Notes: generated from the letters alone by a model not told the origin. 64,000 nucleotides of DNA from an uncultured delta proteobacterium (GCA_963823335.1 CAWGLD010000001.1:32001-96000), one strand, 5' to 3'; shown: positions 47,665 through 58,751, numbered from the stretch's first letter. Numbers and translations are program-made.

Positions 47665-49359
47665 CTAGTCGTTCATTTGATAGGCCCCTTTCAGGCTGTA
47701 TACATGCTCCTTCCAGATACGGTTGAAGCGCTCCGGGTTCACCGTCGGTTTTTTAATCATCTTCATGCAGATCTCCATCTGTAGTGGCGTGCTGCTGGTC
47801 TTGCTGTAAAGCTGAAGAGCGAACTTGGAGAAATCCCGGACCATGAAATCGAAGATCTGGTCGATCAGATCGTCCCCCACCGCATCGATCCCGGCTTTTT
47901 CGATGAGCAACTGGCCATAAGCCACCAGGGTGAACAGCTCCCCCAGATTGAGCAGAAAATCGATATCTTTGACCTGGTCCTTGTTGGGTGAAGCACTCAT
48001 GAGCAGTTCCACCAGCAGAGCGATCTGCTCCTTGAATATCCGGATATTGGGAAGATCCAGGCTGTTGTAGGCAATATTGTAGTCGTGGAACTGAATTTTT
48101 CCCAGTCCCTTGGTGGGCCCCTGGTCAAATAGAAACGCGTCATGACCGGGGGCGTCCATTTTCCCGATCTCCGGAAACTGTCCCGGGTTGAAAAAGTAGT
48201 TGGCCATGAACTTGACAATAAGGGCCATGTTCACATGCACCGTGCCTTCCAGTTTGGGCAGGGCACGGATGTCCCTGGCCGCCATCTCGAAGTAGGTGTC
48301 CTTTTCAAACCCCTTGGCTGCAATCACGTCCCACAGCAGGTTGATCACCTCCTCACCCTGGGTGGTCACTTTCATCTTGACCATGGGGTTATACAGCAGA
48401 TAGCGCCGGTCGTCAGCCGAAGCGCTGCGCATGTAGTCCGCCGCCCGTGTGGCAAACATGCGCATGGCACACAGCCGGGTATAGGCATCCACAAAAATCT
48501 GACGGATATGGGGAAAATCGGTCACATAATGCTTGAACAGAAAACGATTGGCCGCATGATCGATAGATTCGTAAAAAGCATGGGCACAGATACCGATGGA
48601 AGCCCAGCCCAGATTGTACTTGCCGACATTGATGGTGTTCAGTGAGGAATCCCAGGCATCGCTGCCCATGGTGAGGATGTCATCATCGGTCAGGGGGTAA
48701 CCATGCAGGGCATACTCGGACACATACATCTGGGAATTCACCACATTCTGAACACATTCGTAGTTTTCGTGCTTGGCATCCACCACGAAAAAGGCGTATT
48801 CATCGGTTTCCGAATTCTTGGCAAAGGTGGAGACCAATGCCGCCTCGTTACCATTGCCGATGTAGTATTTGCCACCGTCTGCCCTATACTGGCCGTCACC
48901 CATGGGGGTCAAGGCCATGTCACTGGCATAAAGGTCCGCTCCGTGTTCTTTTTCCGAAAGACCAAAGGCAAAAATACCGCCTTCTTTCAGCAGGCGGGCT
49001 GTTTTTTTCTTGACGGCTTCGTTTTTTCCCATCCAGATGGGACCCAGCCCCAGAATGGTTACCTGCCAGGTATACCAATGGGCCAGACTGTAAAAGCCGA
49101 GAATTTCGTTGAAGTCCATATTGCGGAATGTGTCCCAGCGACATCCCTCTGCACCGTATTGGGTGGGGGTCAGGAGCTCGGAAAAAATAGACTCGTTTTT
49201 GACGAACTGAAGAAAATCGTCGTACCAGACCCGCTCGTGATCATCGTTCTTGAGTTGTTTCTTGCCCTTGGTTTCAAAAAAATCGATGGTCTTTTGCATG
49301 ATTTCCCTGGATCGTTCATCCAGGTGGTCGAACTGTGCCTTTTTCGGATTGAACAGCAT
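47665..49359 (-). CDS. Acyl-CoA dehydrogenase
   Basis: AFGLSEKEHGAD, GGKYYIGNG, KLEGT. Confidence 0.9.
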   Translation of the reverse strand: MLFNPKKAQFDHLDERSREIMQKTIDFFETKGKKQLKNDDHERVWYDDFLQFVKNESIFSELLTPTQYGAEGCRWDTFRNMDFNEILGFYSLAHWYTWQVTILGLGPIWMGKNEAVKKKTARLLKEGGIFAFGLSEKEHGADLYASDMALTPMGDGQYRADGGKYYIGNGNEAALVSTFAKNSETDEYAFFVVDAKHENYECVQNVVNSQMYVSEYALHGYPLTDDDILTMGSDAWDSSLNTINVGKYNLGWASIGICAHAFYESIDHAANRFLFKHYVTDFPHIRQIFVDAYTRLCAMRMFATRAADYMRSASADDRRYLLYNPMVKMKVTTQGEEVINLLWDVIAAKGFEKDTYFEMAARDIRALPKLEGTVHVNMALIVKFMANYFFNPGQFPEIGKMDAPGHDAFLFDQGPTKGLGKIQFHDYNIAYNSLDLPNIRIFKEQIALLVELLMSASPNKDQVKDIDFLLNLGELFTLVAYGQLLIEKAGIDAVGDDLIDQIFDFMVRDFSKFALQLYSKTSSTPLQMEICMKMIKKPTVNPERFNRIWKEHVYSLKGAYQMND

Positions 49360-49487
49360 GGATAGTCCTCCTTCATTTCTCTTGCTTAACGCACTTGTCC
49401 ATCAGAGCGAGTGTTTTCACGGCCATTGGATGCCAATCTATATTCGCAATATTTCATGCGCTTCCTATCCCATAAAAACAAGTTCTG

Positions 49488-50222
49488 TCAAAGAATATCG
49501 GTCTGATTTGGGGAATTAAAAAAATGATTCGTAAACAATTTAACTGTTTCCATATCCAGCTCTTTGTCCATAAATATTTTGCGTTTTATTACTTGTCCAT
49601 TTTTTTTATCTGTTGAGACGATGAGTCCAATGTATGACCTGGCATCATAATCCCAGACCAGAACCCGCATGTCTTCCCTTTCCGTATAAACAGGATCACC
49701 ATAGGCCACCGTGTTTTTGCGTCTTTCGTGAGCAATGTGATCACGTACCTTATCTGACAGGTTACGGTAGGTCGTGTAGGTGCAGCCTGATATCAGAGAA
49801 TTTTCATAAAAAAAATAGGACCTGGGGCTTCTCCCTTTTTGCTGCGTCAAGGGATACAGGTGCACTTTCTCGGCATGCAGGGCCTGAAACTGTTGACCGA
49901 ATTGTTTCAATTGCGGTGGTGCCACAGTCCCGGATGGTCTTCCGCTAAGATTTTCTACTCTTATTACGTCTTCGGGGGACATTCCCCAGTCACATGCAAA
50001 AAATGCACGCGTTTCCCAAAACCAGCTGTTGTGCTTGTAGCGCCCGCCGAAGATGACTATCGCAGATATCACGGCCACAAGGACAAGCGCTATTCTTGCC
50101 TCGGCGATCCAGAATCTTTTTGATCGCCAGGGCCACTTTCCATCGTCGCGGTATACATACCAGCCATGCATTGTCAGCATTAACAAAATGAATATGGATG
50201 TAAAGATAATGTGAATTTTCAC
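49488..50222 (-). CDS. Hypothetical membrane-anchored protein
   Basis: Two N-terminal hydrophobic segments, WGMS motif; follows recQ. Confidence 0.65.
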   Translation of the reverse strand: MKIHIIFTSIFILLMLTMHGWYVYRDDGKWPWRSKRFWIAEARIALVLVAVISAIVIFGGRYKHNSWFWETRAFFACDWGMSPEDVIRVENLSGRPSGTVAPPQLKQFGQQFQALHAEKVHLYPLTQQKGRSPRSYFFYENSLISGCTYTTYRNLSDKVRDHIAHERRKNTVAYGDPVYTEREDMRVLVWDYDARSYIGLIVSTDKKNGQVIKRKIFMDKELDMETVKLFTNHFFNSPNQTDIL

Positions 50223-50243
50223 CGATAAAACCCTTGCACGATG

Positions 50244-52136
50244 TTATTTTATGCTTGTATTCTCCCGGGTATGCTGAATCATAAAATCCACGAAAACCTG
50301 CCCGAATTTTTTCAGTTTTGCATCGCCAACACCATACAGCCCGGCCATTTCTATTAAAGAGACAGGTTTTTTCGAAGCCATTTCTTTTAAGGTCCGGTCA
50401 TGAAATACAACATAGGGAGGGACATTGTTCTTTTTTGAGATGTCCAAGCGCAACTGTCTCAAGTCCTCAAACAATGCCCGTGGATATTCGAGATCGGATA
50501 ATTCAGAGGGTGCTTTTTCACGAGCAGGCCGGGCTGCTTTTCCGGTCTTGACGACTTCTTTTCTCAGGAATATTGTTTCTCTTGATTTCAGGAAAGTCCG
50601 GCCTTTTTTTGTCAAGGACAGACCACCGTACCCGTTGATGTCGATTTCAGCATAACCTGCTGCAACAATCTGGCGATAAACCGATTTCCAGTCGTTATAA
50701 CTCATTTCTTTTCCAATGCCGAAGGTTGATACCCGGTCATGTCTGAAGTCTCTAATACGTTTGTTTTCTTTTCCTAACAATACATCCGTAAGATATTTTA
50801 CACCAAAGCGCTCCCCGGTTCGATAGATGCAAGACATGGCCTTCTGGACAGCGATGGTTCCATCCCATTTTTCAACTGTTTCAAGACAGTTATCACAGTT
50901 ACCGCACGCTTTGTCATACGATTCGCCAAAATAATTCAGCAAGACCGGCCGGCGGCAGTTTATGGTTTCGCAATATCCGATCATGGATTGAAGACGCTGA
51001 TATTGTATGCGCTTGAAACCCTGATCCCCTTCTGACTTTTCAAGTATTTTTCCGATAGTGACGATATCGGAAAGATCATAGGCCAGCCACGCGCTCGATT
51101 TTTCTCCATCACGACCAGCGCGGCCGGTCTCCTGGTAGTAGCTTTCTATATTCTTGGGCATGTCCAGGTGGGCCACAAAACGGACATTGGGTTTGTCTAT
51201 CCCCATGCCAAACGCAATCGTCGCGACGATGATGACACCCTCCTGTTCCTGAAATATACGCTGGTGCCTTGTGCGGGCAGAAGCATCCAGCCCTGCATGA
51301 TACGGCAGGGCATTATATCCTCTTTGGGAAAGCCATTCAGCCGTTGCCTCCACTTTTTTCCGGGTTAGACAGTAAACAATACCGGAATCACCAGGGTGTT
51401 CTTGACGGATAAAATGATCCAACTGGGATTTTGCATTCTTCTTGATGACCACGGAATACCTGATATTGGGTCTGTCAAAACTGGAAACATATTGTCGGGC
51501 ATCTTCCAGATGAAGTTTTTGCAGAATGTCTTTGCAGGTGGCAATATCCGCAGTGGCAGTCAGGGCGATGCGCGGCACGTGGGGAAATGTTTCATGCAGA
51601 AGATTGAGCTGCAAATATTCAGGTCTGAAATCGTGACCCCACTGGGACACACAGTGGGCTTCATCTATGGCAAAAAGTGAAATAGTCGCTTTTTTCAGCC
51701 TCTGCAAAAAATCCGGTATAAAAATACGCTCAGGAGCGATATACAACAAATCCATTTCATTGGAAGCCAGCTTCTTTTGCACGTGTTGGATCTCTGCGGA
51801 TTGCATGGTCGAATTGATATAGTGGGCCTTGATTCCATACTGCCTCAACCCATCTACCTGGTCCTGCATCAAAGCGATCAATGGCGAAATGACGATGCCG
51901 ACACCTGGCCGGATCATAGCCGGAATCTGATAGCACAAGGACTTCCCACCGCCTGTGGGCATGAGAACAAAGGCATCCTGCCCGGAGACCAGGCTGTGGA
52001 TGATTTCTCCCTGGTTTTCATAAAAGCGCTCAAACCCGAAATAACGCTTTAGAATATCTGCCGGATGTGTCTGGCGTATGTTTTGTGTTATTGATGGGTC
52101 CTCAGAGTTCTTCACCAGCATTTCCTTGCCATCCAT
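50244..52136 (-). CDS. recQ: DNA helicase RecQ
   Basis: [37 protein letters not shown], Zn-binding, winged-helix and HRDC domains. Confidence 0.97.
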   Translation of the reverse strand: MDGKEMLVKNSEDPSITQNIRQTHPADILKRYFGFERFYENQGEIIHSLVSGQDAFVLMPTGGGKSLCYQIPAMIRPGVGIVISPLIALMQDQVDGLRQYGIKAHYINSTMQSAEIQHVQKKLASNEMDLLYIAPERIFIPDFLQRLKKATISLFAIDEAHCVSQWGHDFRPEYLQLNLLHETFPHVPRIALTATADIATCKDILQKLHLEDARQYVSSFDRPNIRYSVVIKKNAKSQLDHFIRQEHPGDSGIVYCLTRKKVEATAEWLSQRGYNALPYHAGLDASARTRHQRIFQEQEGVIIVATIAFGMGIDKPNVRFVAHLDMPKNIESYYQETGRAGRDGEKSSAWLAYDLSDIVTIGKILEKSEGDQGFKRIQYQRLQSMIGYCETINCRRPVLLNYFGESYDKACGNCDNCLETVEKWDGTIAVQKAMSCIYRTGERFGVKYLTDVLLGKENKRIRDFRHDRVSTFGIGKEMSYNDWKSVYRQIVAAGYAEIDINGYGGLSLTKKGRTFLKSRETIFLRKEVVKTGKAARPAREKAPSELSDLEYPRALFEDLRQLRLDISKKNNVPPYVVFHDRTLKEMASKKPVSLIEMAGLYGVGDAKLKKFGQVFVDFMIQHTRENTSIK

Positions 52137-52483
52137 TCCCAGTCTCCGGTGGTCCCGATATAGCGATTATTGTCCTGGCGCTCGTGGGCTAGATCGTCCG
52201 AAAAAAGGAGTGACCTGTTTTGTTGATAATACCTGTTATAAATCTGTGGTACACAAAAAGGGCATTCGCAAGTATCCGCTGCATTTGGCGGCGGTGCCGG
52301 TATGGATTCTGTCCCGGCTTCCTTTGCCTGACTTCGGCTCAGGGTAATTCTGCATGTTCGAAAGGGGATGGGATGCCTGCGGGACTCAATCAATCTTTCA
52401 ACAGATTCACCGGACGGATCCATGAAGTTTGCCGAGATGATCTCTTTTGTAAAGCTCCGTTTTTCACGCACTGGCATCTTCAT
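52112..52483 (-). pseudogene. Possible N-terminal remnant of a galactose-1-phosphate uridylyltransferase-like gene
   Basis: IESRRHPI..R..RI and CPFC pattern, then unrelated sequence. Confidence 0.4.
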
Positions 52484-52678
52484 TTTTGCTCTTTCGGACC
52501 TATAAACCAAACAATTCGCAAACCCAACGTGGCCGGGCATTTTCCTTTCCCACCTCTTGATCCCCTATATCTGAAAAGCATCCCAGATGCAACCTAATGC
52601 ACCAGGACACCGCTGCCGCAGCCAAGATGGCTCAGGATCTCAAAAGCACAAACCCCGCCATCAACCTATACTGGACGA

Positions 52679-52888
52679 AAAGATCTCAGCGCCATTACGC
52701 AGCCATTATTGGTTGTCGCCGGTACGGCAGACGATGCCTTCATTGCTGAAAATTTTGAACCTGTGATCTCGCAATACACAGCCGTTCAGGTCGCGCTGCT
52801 GCCAGGTGTCACACACATGGGCGTGGTTGGTGGTCCTGACGTTCAACCTGTTCTCAAGGACTGGCTGGAAGATTTCGGCAAACGATAG
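52679..52888 (+). pseudogene. C-terminal remnant of an alpha/beta hydrolase
   Basis: KDLSAITQPLLVVAGTADDAF...LPGVTHMG...KDWL*; no in-frame N-terminus or nucleophile motif. Confidence 0.55.
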
Positions 52889-53384
52889 CTTTTATCGCAT
52901 AATAATTGTGTGGAGAGTGCATTTGCAGAGATGCATGGATACTGTCCAACGTAAAAAAATTGGCGATCCCATATATCGAAAAAATAAAAAAGTCAATCTA
53001 CAGTCCCATCTAATTTCCTTCGCATGATACCCATATTGAATAGGCATTATATGGGCTATTAAATAGTCTTGATTGTCTTGTCAATTTGAATTAGAAAATA
53101 ATTACAGGGATGCGCTCTGGGCCCACCAACCCATTGGCACCTCCAACCCTGCAAAAAGCCCCTGAGAAGATAATTCATTTGCCAGTACCTTCTCCATCTT
53201 GGGGGCTTTTTCACATTGGCTTATTGAACACTTTAGCTATAGCGGCATCTCATCTGTCATTATTCTAATGATAGAACTGTTAAACCCACCACACAAGGAG
53301 GATATCAATCAATCTTCAATCGCTATCACCACTCTACGGATTCAACCGCTAATTTGATAGGAGGAAACCCTTTGGAGATAACAA

Positions 53385-53567
53385 ATGGGCGAAGATAGAC
53401 GTCTTCGTGCAGATCGCAGGATCGATGGGGATAGGCGATTTGGCACAAATCCTAAAGGATATTATGGCCCGGAAAGAAGAGCTGTCTTCGATCGCAGAAA
53501 CTATAACGACAGACGACAGAAGAAATACGCTATCGCATCGCCGATAACGCCTACTCATCAAAGGTAA
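53385..53567 (+). CDS. Small (D/E)RR-repeat protein with YxGPERR motif
   Basis: GGAG RBS; six (D/E)RR units in two period-6 triplets. Confidence 0.7.
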   Translation: MGEDRRLRADRRIDGDRRFGTNPKGYYGPERRAVFDRRNYNDRRQKKYAIASPITPTHQR

Positions 53568-54236
53568 AAAGAATTTCTGGAAAACTGTGATGTCATACTG
53601 CGGAGCGATATTCTAACTCACATTGCAGTTTAGTCAATTCAAGTATAGACGGGGTCAGATTATGCTTGGAATGGTTTTGAATAAAAAAGATTTTTCAGAT
53701 TCTGCCGTAATTTCTTACCATCAATGGCGAAACGGACACTCTCAGCCAAAGTAGTATTTCCAAAACATTCAAGCAGGTCTTTATCTGATGCGTCTACTTC
53801 TGACAAATTCAAACTTTGCCTAATGCGTTTGACGAGTTCTTTCTTTTTGGGGCTCAATGGTTTTCTCCTTCGAATTTGGTGATATATATCATATAGTTGC
53901 CGTGAAGTCAAGTTGCCACAATATAATGTGGTACAATTCCCAGCGCTCAACCGTGGATGACTCCTACAAAACGGTAGATATCAAACCCCTGAAAATTTGC
54001 CGGTGTGCGATTATAATCACCACAGACCAAATCTTGAATTCATAAGCCCTGCCGTGCTACCTTGGTGATGGCCAGATGGTATCGGCAATATTGCCCTAAT
54101 TTCCAAAATGCCAAGTGTATCTCCATACATCTTCAATCCTGATTCTTTATTTTAAGAGTTTACAACCCCGCTAATGGATAGTAGAAACCAGCAATTTTCA
54201 TCATGATTAGTCGTAGTCAATAAAAAGAAATTATAA

Positions 54237-54584
54237 GTGGCACTTATAAAATCATTTGCAATTAGATTAGCAAAGACCAAGTTTGGTCAAACCTCTCTGA
54301 CCAAATCCGAGAGCCTTCATATCTTGATGCCGAAACCGAGTATACGAGTTTATGTCGGTTTAGTCTTATTGGTGATGAGTTGTTTGATAAGTTTGCCGAC
54401 TCTGGCCTTATTGGGATATTTGTCATTGAACATGAGCAAACCGATAATTATCGCAGTTGGTGGCCCCGTTGTTTTTATTTCAGTACATATCATGTTCGGG
54501 TTGGGAGTATATTTAACCGGGCAGAACTACGCTATAGAGCTTCTGCATTGGGCTACCAAGCGATTTCTGAAAAAATACGTGTGA
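54237..54584 (+). CDS. Hypothetical membrane protein
   Basis: Two hydrophobic helices. Confidence 0.6.
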   Translation: MALIKSFAIRLAKTKFGQTSLTKSESLHILMPKPSIRVYVGLVLLVMSCLISLPTLALLGYLSLNMSKPIIIAVGGPVVFISVHIMFGLGVYLTGQNYAIELLHWATKRFLKKYV

Positions 54585-55172
54585 CTGAGTTTTGACAGGA
54601 TCTGATTCGATTTGATAGGTTTAATGGACCAACAAAGATCTCAACACTATGAAATGAAAGAGAGCATCGTGTATTAAGTGGTATTGTGGGGATGTCCAAA
54701 GCGTATCTGACAAAAATCAAGCTTCTCGGATAGTTGGTCTCCATTAATCACCAGGGTGATATTTGGTTTGATTGCATGCATCCTCCTTCTGGGGTTACGC
54801 ACCAATAAAAGGTGGTGAACAAATAGGTCGTATTTGGGGATGCATGCGCATCGCTTATGCATCAGTAAAGGGCTAAATTTAAGTCAAGACGCAGATCCCG
54901 TAGTGGCATCAGACCGCTCGAGGCGACTTTCTATTATTCGTTTGCAGATAACAAGCAGCTGGTAAGGATGTGTAAAAACCACGCACACCAAAGCAGCGGC
55001 GTTATGGATACCAAGGGAAAACAATTGACAATGTCGCCAATAGAGCATTATAAATCATCCTCTTATTTTAGGGCAACCCATATTTACCCTCTGTTTTATT
55101 TGAAATATAAAGGACGGTTTTTTATGGACAAGGTTTTTCAATCCAAAATTTCAATGAATGTGAAATGAAGCG

Positions 55173-55922
55173 ATGATTTTTTTTAAAAGGCTGTATTCTC
55201 TATGCGATAAAGGCCTAAAAAAATTGGCGTATCTTATAAAGGAACGCCTGAATATGATAGAGGTGAAAATCCTGTTGATCGGGCTTGTTTTGATGGCACT
55301 AACTGGGATCTATTTTCTATATCTTCTCTTTACAGACTTCGGCCTCTACAAAGTGCTGTCTTCAACCGCCGCCATCCATATCATGGGGGGAAGGGCCTTG
55401 GGAATTGTCACCTGTCTTTCTGCAGACATTTCCCTATTTTATACGATTTTATACAATTTTTATCTTGAAGTCGTCATTGTTCTGATTGCATATGGTATAG
55501 TGGTCCTGGTAATGCGAAACATCATCCAGCCAAAGCTCTTTAAAAGTGCTGTCCGACAGGCGGAACTCAACGCCCAGAGCCAGAAGACCAAGATCAAAAA
55601 GTACGGTTCTATCGGGCTTTTCCTGTTTGTCATGTTCCCCTTTTTCATGACAGGACCGGTGATAGGGGCCATTATCGGGTACCTGCTAAACTACAGGCCG
55701 ATCAATAATTTTCTGATCGTGTTCAGCGGAACCCTGGCTTCTATTATGATCTATGCCCTTCTCGGCAACAATATCATCAACTTTATCAACCAGTACATTC
55801 ATATTGACGTGCTGAAAAAATGGGGTGGGATCATCATTGCTGTGCTGATCGTGATATTTTTTATCTACCACTTAAAAACCGTTAAAGCCTTTCTTTATTC
55901 TGATGCCGATGACGAAGGATGA
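55173..55922 (+). CDS. Small multidrug export (COG2426-like) membrane protein
   Basis: KYGSIGLFLFVMFPFFMTGPVIG. Confidence 0.75.
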   Translation: MIFFKRLYSLCDKGLKKLAYLIKERLNMIEVKILLIGLVLMALTGIYFLYLLFTDFGLYKVLSSTAAIHIMGGRALGIVTCLSADISLFYTILYNFYLEVVIVLIAYGIVVLVMRNIIQPKLFKSAVRQAELNAQSQKTKIKKYGSIGLFLFVMFPFFMTGPVIGAIIGYLLNYRPINNFLIVFSGTLASIMIYALLGNNIINFINQYIHIDVLKKWGGIIIAVLIVIFFIYHLKTVKAFLYSDADDEG

Positions 55923-56016
55923 TGTTCAAAGGCCCCGGCATCCCGATCTGGAGAAAATCATAGTACGTGGTGACAAGGCTTGTGCCGGCCATTTTTTCGA
56001 CCATACCATGCAAAAA

Positions 56017-56068
56017 TTGAAGAACCTCGCAGCAAGCTACGGGGAATGCGCTCGCTGTTGCGGTTCAA
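56017..56068 (-). mobile_element. IS200/IS605-type mini-element collapsed to one hybrid hairpin
   Basis: TTGAAGAACCTCGCAGCAAGCTACGGGGAATGCGCTCGCTGTTGCGGTTCAA; both ends of 59660-59778 joined through the hairpin. Confidence 0.75.
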
Positions 56069-56178
56069 ATAGTACACTCCTTTATTCTCCCCGTAACGAG
56101 ATTGATGATTTGCTGAGACCGCTTGAAACGTCATCATCTACCTGTTTTATCTATATAATTTAGAGAAAGGAGGTAGAA

Positions 56179-56295
56179 ATGACTCTCACACAAGATGAAT
56201 TGGCAGTAGATATCGGTAATAATTTAGTTGAGTATGATAACTGGACATCTCCATATATCACCATTGTTCATCATTATCCAATCTTGATAAGATGA
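56179..56295 (+). CDS. Possible 38-aa peptide or gene remnant
   Basis: Strong AAGGAGGT RBS; MTLTQDELAVDIGNNLVEYDNW... Confidence 0.3.
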   Translation: MTLTQDELAVDIGNNLVEYDNWTSPYITIVHHYPILIR

Positions 56296-56317
56296 TAAGA
56301 CATTTTTTAGAATATGG

Positions 56318-56347
56318 TTGACAATTATTATTCCGATCCGATAGTAT
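56318..56347 (+). promoter_or_regulatory. sigma70-type promoter in front of riboswitch 1
   Basis: TTGACA-N18-TAGTAT. Confidence 0.5.
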
Positions 56348-56361
56348 AGTACTAACATATA

Positions 56362-56446
56362 AATCAAGTGGGCAAACCTGTTGAAAGGTGGGGACGCAAA
56401 GCCACGGGTCTAAAGCGTAAATGCTATGACAGCCGGGCTGCTGAAA
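56362..56446 (+). ncRNA. c-di-GMP-I (GEMM) riboswitch 1
   Basis: GGCAAACC..GAAA..GGGACGCAAAGCCACGGGTCTAA...ATGACAGCCGGGCTGC; G20 and C92 equivalents present. Confidence 0.95.
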
Positions 56447-56455
56447 ATAACCGTT

Positions 56456-56496
56456 AAAGCCTTTGGGAGTGTCTGCCCTGAGGTTTTTTGTTTTTA
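56456..56496 (+). terminator. Probable intrinsic terminator of riboswitch 1
   Basis: AAAGCCTTTGGG...CCCTGAGGTTTT stem followed by a long T tract. Confidence 0.65.
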
Positions 56497-56599
56497 TGTT
56501 CAACTCTTTTTTTTGATATTATAACAGGTCAAAAAGGCAATAGTTTTAGCTTCAATACCATGAGTATAAATGTCAAATTAATAACCTGAATAATGCCTT

Positions 56600-56702
56600 T
56601 ATAGGGGTTGTCAGAAAAACGTTCCGATTGAGGACCTTTTTTCTGCTACAACCCCTTATGCCGCCATCCTATTTTCGGAACATTATTATGACGAGCGGTA
56701 TA
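56600..56702 (+). mobile_element. 103-bp MITE, copy 4 of 4
   Basis: TATAGGGGTTGTCAG...GACGAGCGGTATA, between the two riboswitches. Confidence 0.9.
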
Positions 56703-56823
56703 AAATTTTAGTGCTCATTTTGTAACATATTTTTAATTTCATGACAGGAACTTGGGCTAATATTCCAGCCCTGTCTTTGTCGGGACACATCCAATATTAA
56801 TATTCTGGTATTGGACTCTATTT

Positions 56824-56905
56824 AGTGAAAGGGCAAACTCACTGAAAGGTGGGGGCGCAAAGCCACGGGTCTAAGGCTTTAGAGCTATGACAGCCGGGTT
56901 GCCAA
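56824..56905 (+). ncRNA. c-di-GMP-I (GEMM) riboswitch 2
   Basis: GGGCAAACTCACTGAAAGGTGGGGGCGCAAAGCCACGGGTCTAAG...ATGACAGCCGGGTTGCC. Confidence 0.95.
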
Positions 56906-57011
56906 CTAAGTGCAGAACTCATCTGTCCTGCAACAATAGATGCGTTGCCTTAGCTATTAATAGGCGCCTTTCTCTTTATAAATATCCAATGCAAAGAGGA
57001 AGGCGCCTATT

Positions 57012-58751
57012 ATGTTTATCAATCCAAATACTATTCTATTTAAAAATAAGTTTCTGTTTGCTTTCTTAACGCTATCTTTATTATTTTTGGATATACCTGA
57101 CGTTTCAGCTACGACCCAAGCTTCGTTCATGTGGGATCCAAACCCCGAACCGGACGTGGCCGGCTACAGAATATTTTGCCGAGAACAAAGCCAATCCTAT
57201 GATTATACAAATCCATCTTGGGAAGGGACAGAAACATACAGCACAATTTACGATTTTGATGAAAGCAAAACATATTTTTTAGTTGTAAGAGCGTTCGATA
57301 CGGAAGGTTTCGAGAGTGGCGATTCCAACGAGGTTTGCTTAGAGCCTTTGAATGGACATAATGAAGTACCGACTGCTGATGCCGGTCCAGATCAGACTGT
57401 TGAAGAAGGGCAGTCTGTCCTTTTGAATGGGTCGAATTCCACGGATACGGACGATGGTATCGAATTTTATCAATGGGTCCAAACAAATGGACCGATCGTA
57501 ACCCTTTCTGATTCCGATGTACAACAACCAAGCTTTACAGCGCCGGATGTTAGTAGTGAAGGCGCTGCGCTGACCTTTGAACTTACGGTTGTAGACTTCA
57601 GTGGCACCCAAGCAAAGGATGTTTGTACCGTTAACGTAACATGGCAAAATGAGCCGCCAACTGCAAATGCCGGCAATGACCAAACCGTTGATGAAGGCAC
57701 TACCGTTCTTCTTGATGGATCTTCTTCTCTGGATATTGACGACGGGATTGCTGCCTATCTGTGGACCCAGATTGGAGGCCCGACGGTAACCCTCTTTAAT
57801 CCTGAAACCCTTAATCCGACGTTTACTGCACCGAATGTTAATTCGGATGGTCTTTCCCTTGCCTTCGGTCTTAAGGTGACCGATGCTGGAGGACTGCAAA
57901 GTGCTGACTCATGTATTGTCAATGTCAGCTGGCAAAACGAATCACCAACTGCAATTATTTCTCCAGATTATCTGGAAACTACGCAGGAGACTTTAGTTAC
58001 ATTGGATGGCTCCGCCTCAACGGATTCTGATGATGGAATTGCCTCATATCTTTGGACCCAAATCGAGGGAGACCCTGTTTCATTGTCAACAGCAACATCT
58101 GCCGTTACGACCTTTACTGCGCCAAAAACAGAAGCATTTGAAAAAAATATAAAATTGAAATTGACAGTTACAGATCATCGCGGACTTAAGGCCACGGCAG
58201 ATAGCTCCATCTACATCATGCAGAATGAACCGCCGGCACTAAATTCTGTTACAATATCTGGCCCAGTCCAGGTTGATGAGATTTCTGGAGAACAGTATAT
58301 ACTTACAGCTAACTACAGTGACGGCAACAGCAGCGAGGTTACAGGCCTTGCAAACTGGAGTGATAATTCCAGTTATGCGAATATCAGCAGCGACGGATAT
58401 TTAGCTGCCAGTTCGGTGGCATCTGATCAATCATGCACGATAACGGCAAGTTATGAGGGAAAATCCGACTCACAGAATGTAATGATCACTGACATTCCTT
58501 CAAACAATTCACCTGTAGTCAATTTCAGCTTTGCAGCAAAGAGGAAAATAGTTGCTTTTAATGATCGTAGTATTGATAGTGATGGAACGATTGTGTCATG
58601 GTTTTGGGATTTTGGCGACGGTACGTATAATATTACACAAAATCCCGAGCACAGATATATCAAGTTTCGTAATTACTCAGTTACCCTCACTGTTACCGAT
58701 AATGGAGGGCTAAGTAATACTATATCAAAAACTGTATCTATCACTAAATAG
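57012..58751 (+). CDS. Exported FN3 + PKD/Ig-like repeat protein (adhesin-like)
   Basis: Signal peptide; WDPNPEPDVAGYRI...VRAFD...ESGDSNEV; three PTA(D/N)AG-type repeats; C-terminal WFWDFGDG PKD. Confidence 0.9.
   Translation: MFINPNTILFKNKFLFAFLTLSLLFLDIPDVSATTQASFMWDPNPEPDVAGYRIFCREQSQSYDYTNPSWEGTETYSTIYDFDESKTYFLVVRAFDTEGFESGDSNEVCLEPLNGHNEVPTADAGPDQTVEEGQSVLLNGSNSTDTDDGIEFYQWVQTNGPIVTLSDSDVQQPSFTAPDVSSEGAALTFELTVVDFSGTQAKDVCTVNVTWQNEPPTANAGNDQTVDEGTTVLLDGSSSLDIDDGIAAYLWTQIGGPTVTLFNPETLNPTFTAPNVNSDGLSLAFGLKVTDAGGLQSADSCIVNVSWQNESPTAIISPDYLETTQETLVTLDGSASTDSDDGIASYLWTQIEGDPVSLSTATSAVTTFTAPKTEAFEKNIKLKLTVTDHRGLKATADSSIYIMQNEPPALNSVTISGPVQVDEISGEQYILTANYSDGNSSEVTGLANWSDNSSYANISSDGYLAASSVASDQSCTITASYEGKSDSQNVMITDIPSNNSPVVNFSFAAKRKIVAFNDRSIDSDGTIVSWFWDFGDGTYNITQNPEHRYIKFRNYSVTLTVTDNGGLSNTISKTVSITK

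Noticed and set aside
53660-53950. 96-aa minus-strand ORF
   Set aside because: No motif or context support; may be real but cannot be supported from the sequence
54553-54790. Strong RBS followed by an ORF with an in-frame TGA (possible selenoprotein)
   Set aside because: No redox motif, recognisable family or evident SECIS hairpin
10673-56702. 103-bp repeat considered as a CRISPR repeat or IS110 bridge RNA
   Set aside because: Copies are dispersed with no spacers, no cas or IS110 recombinase gene is present, and TA-flanked inverted ends fit a MITE
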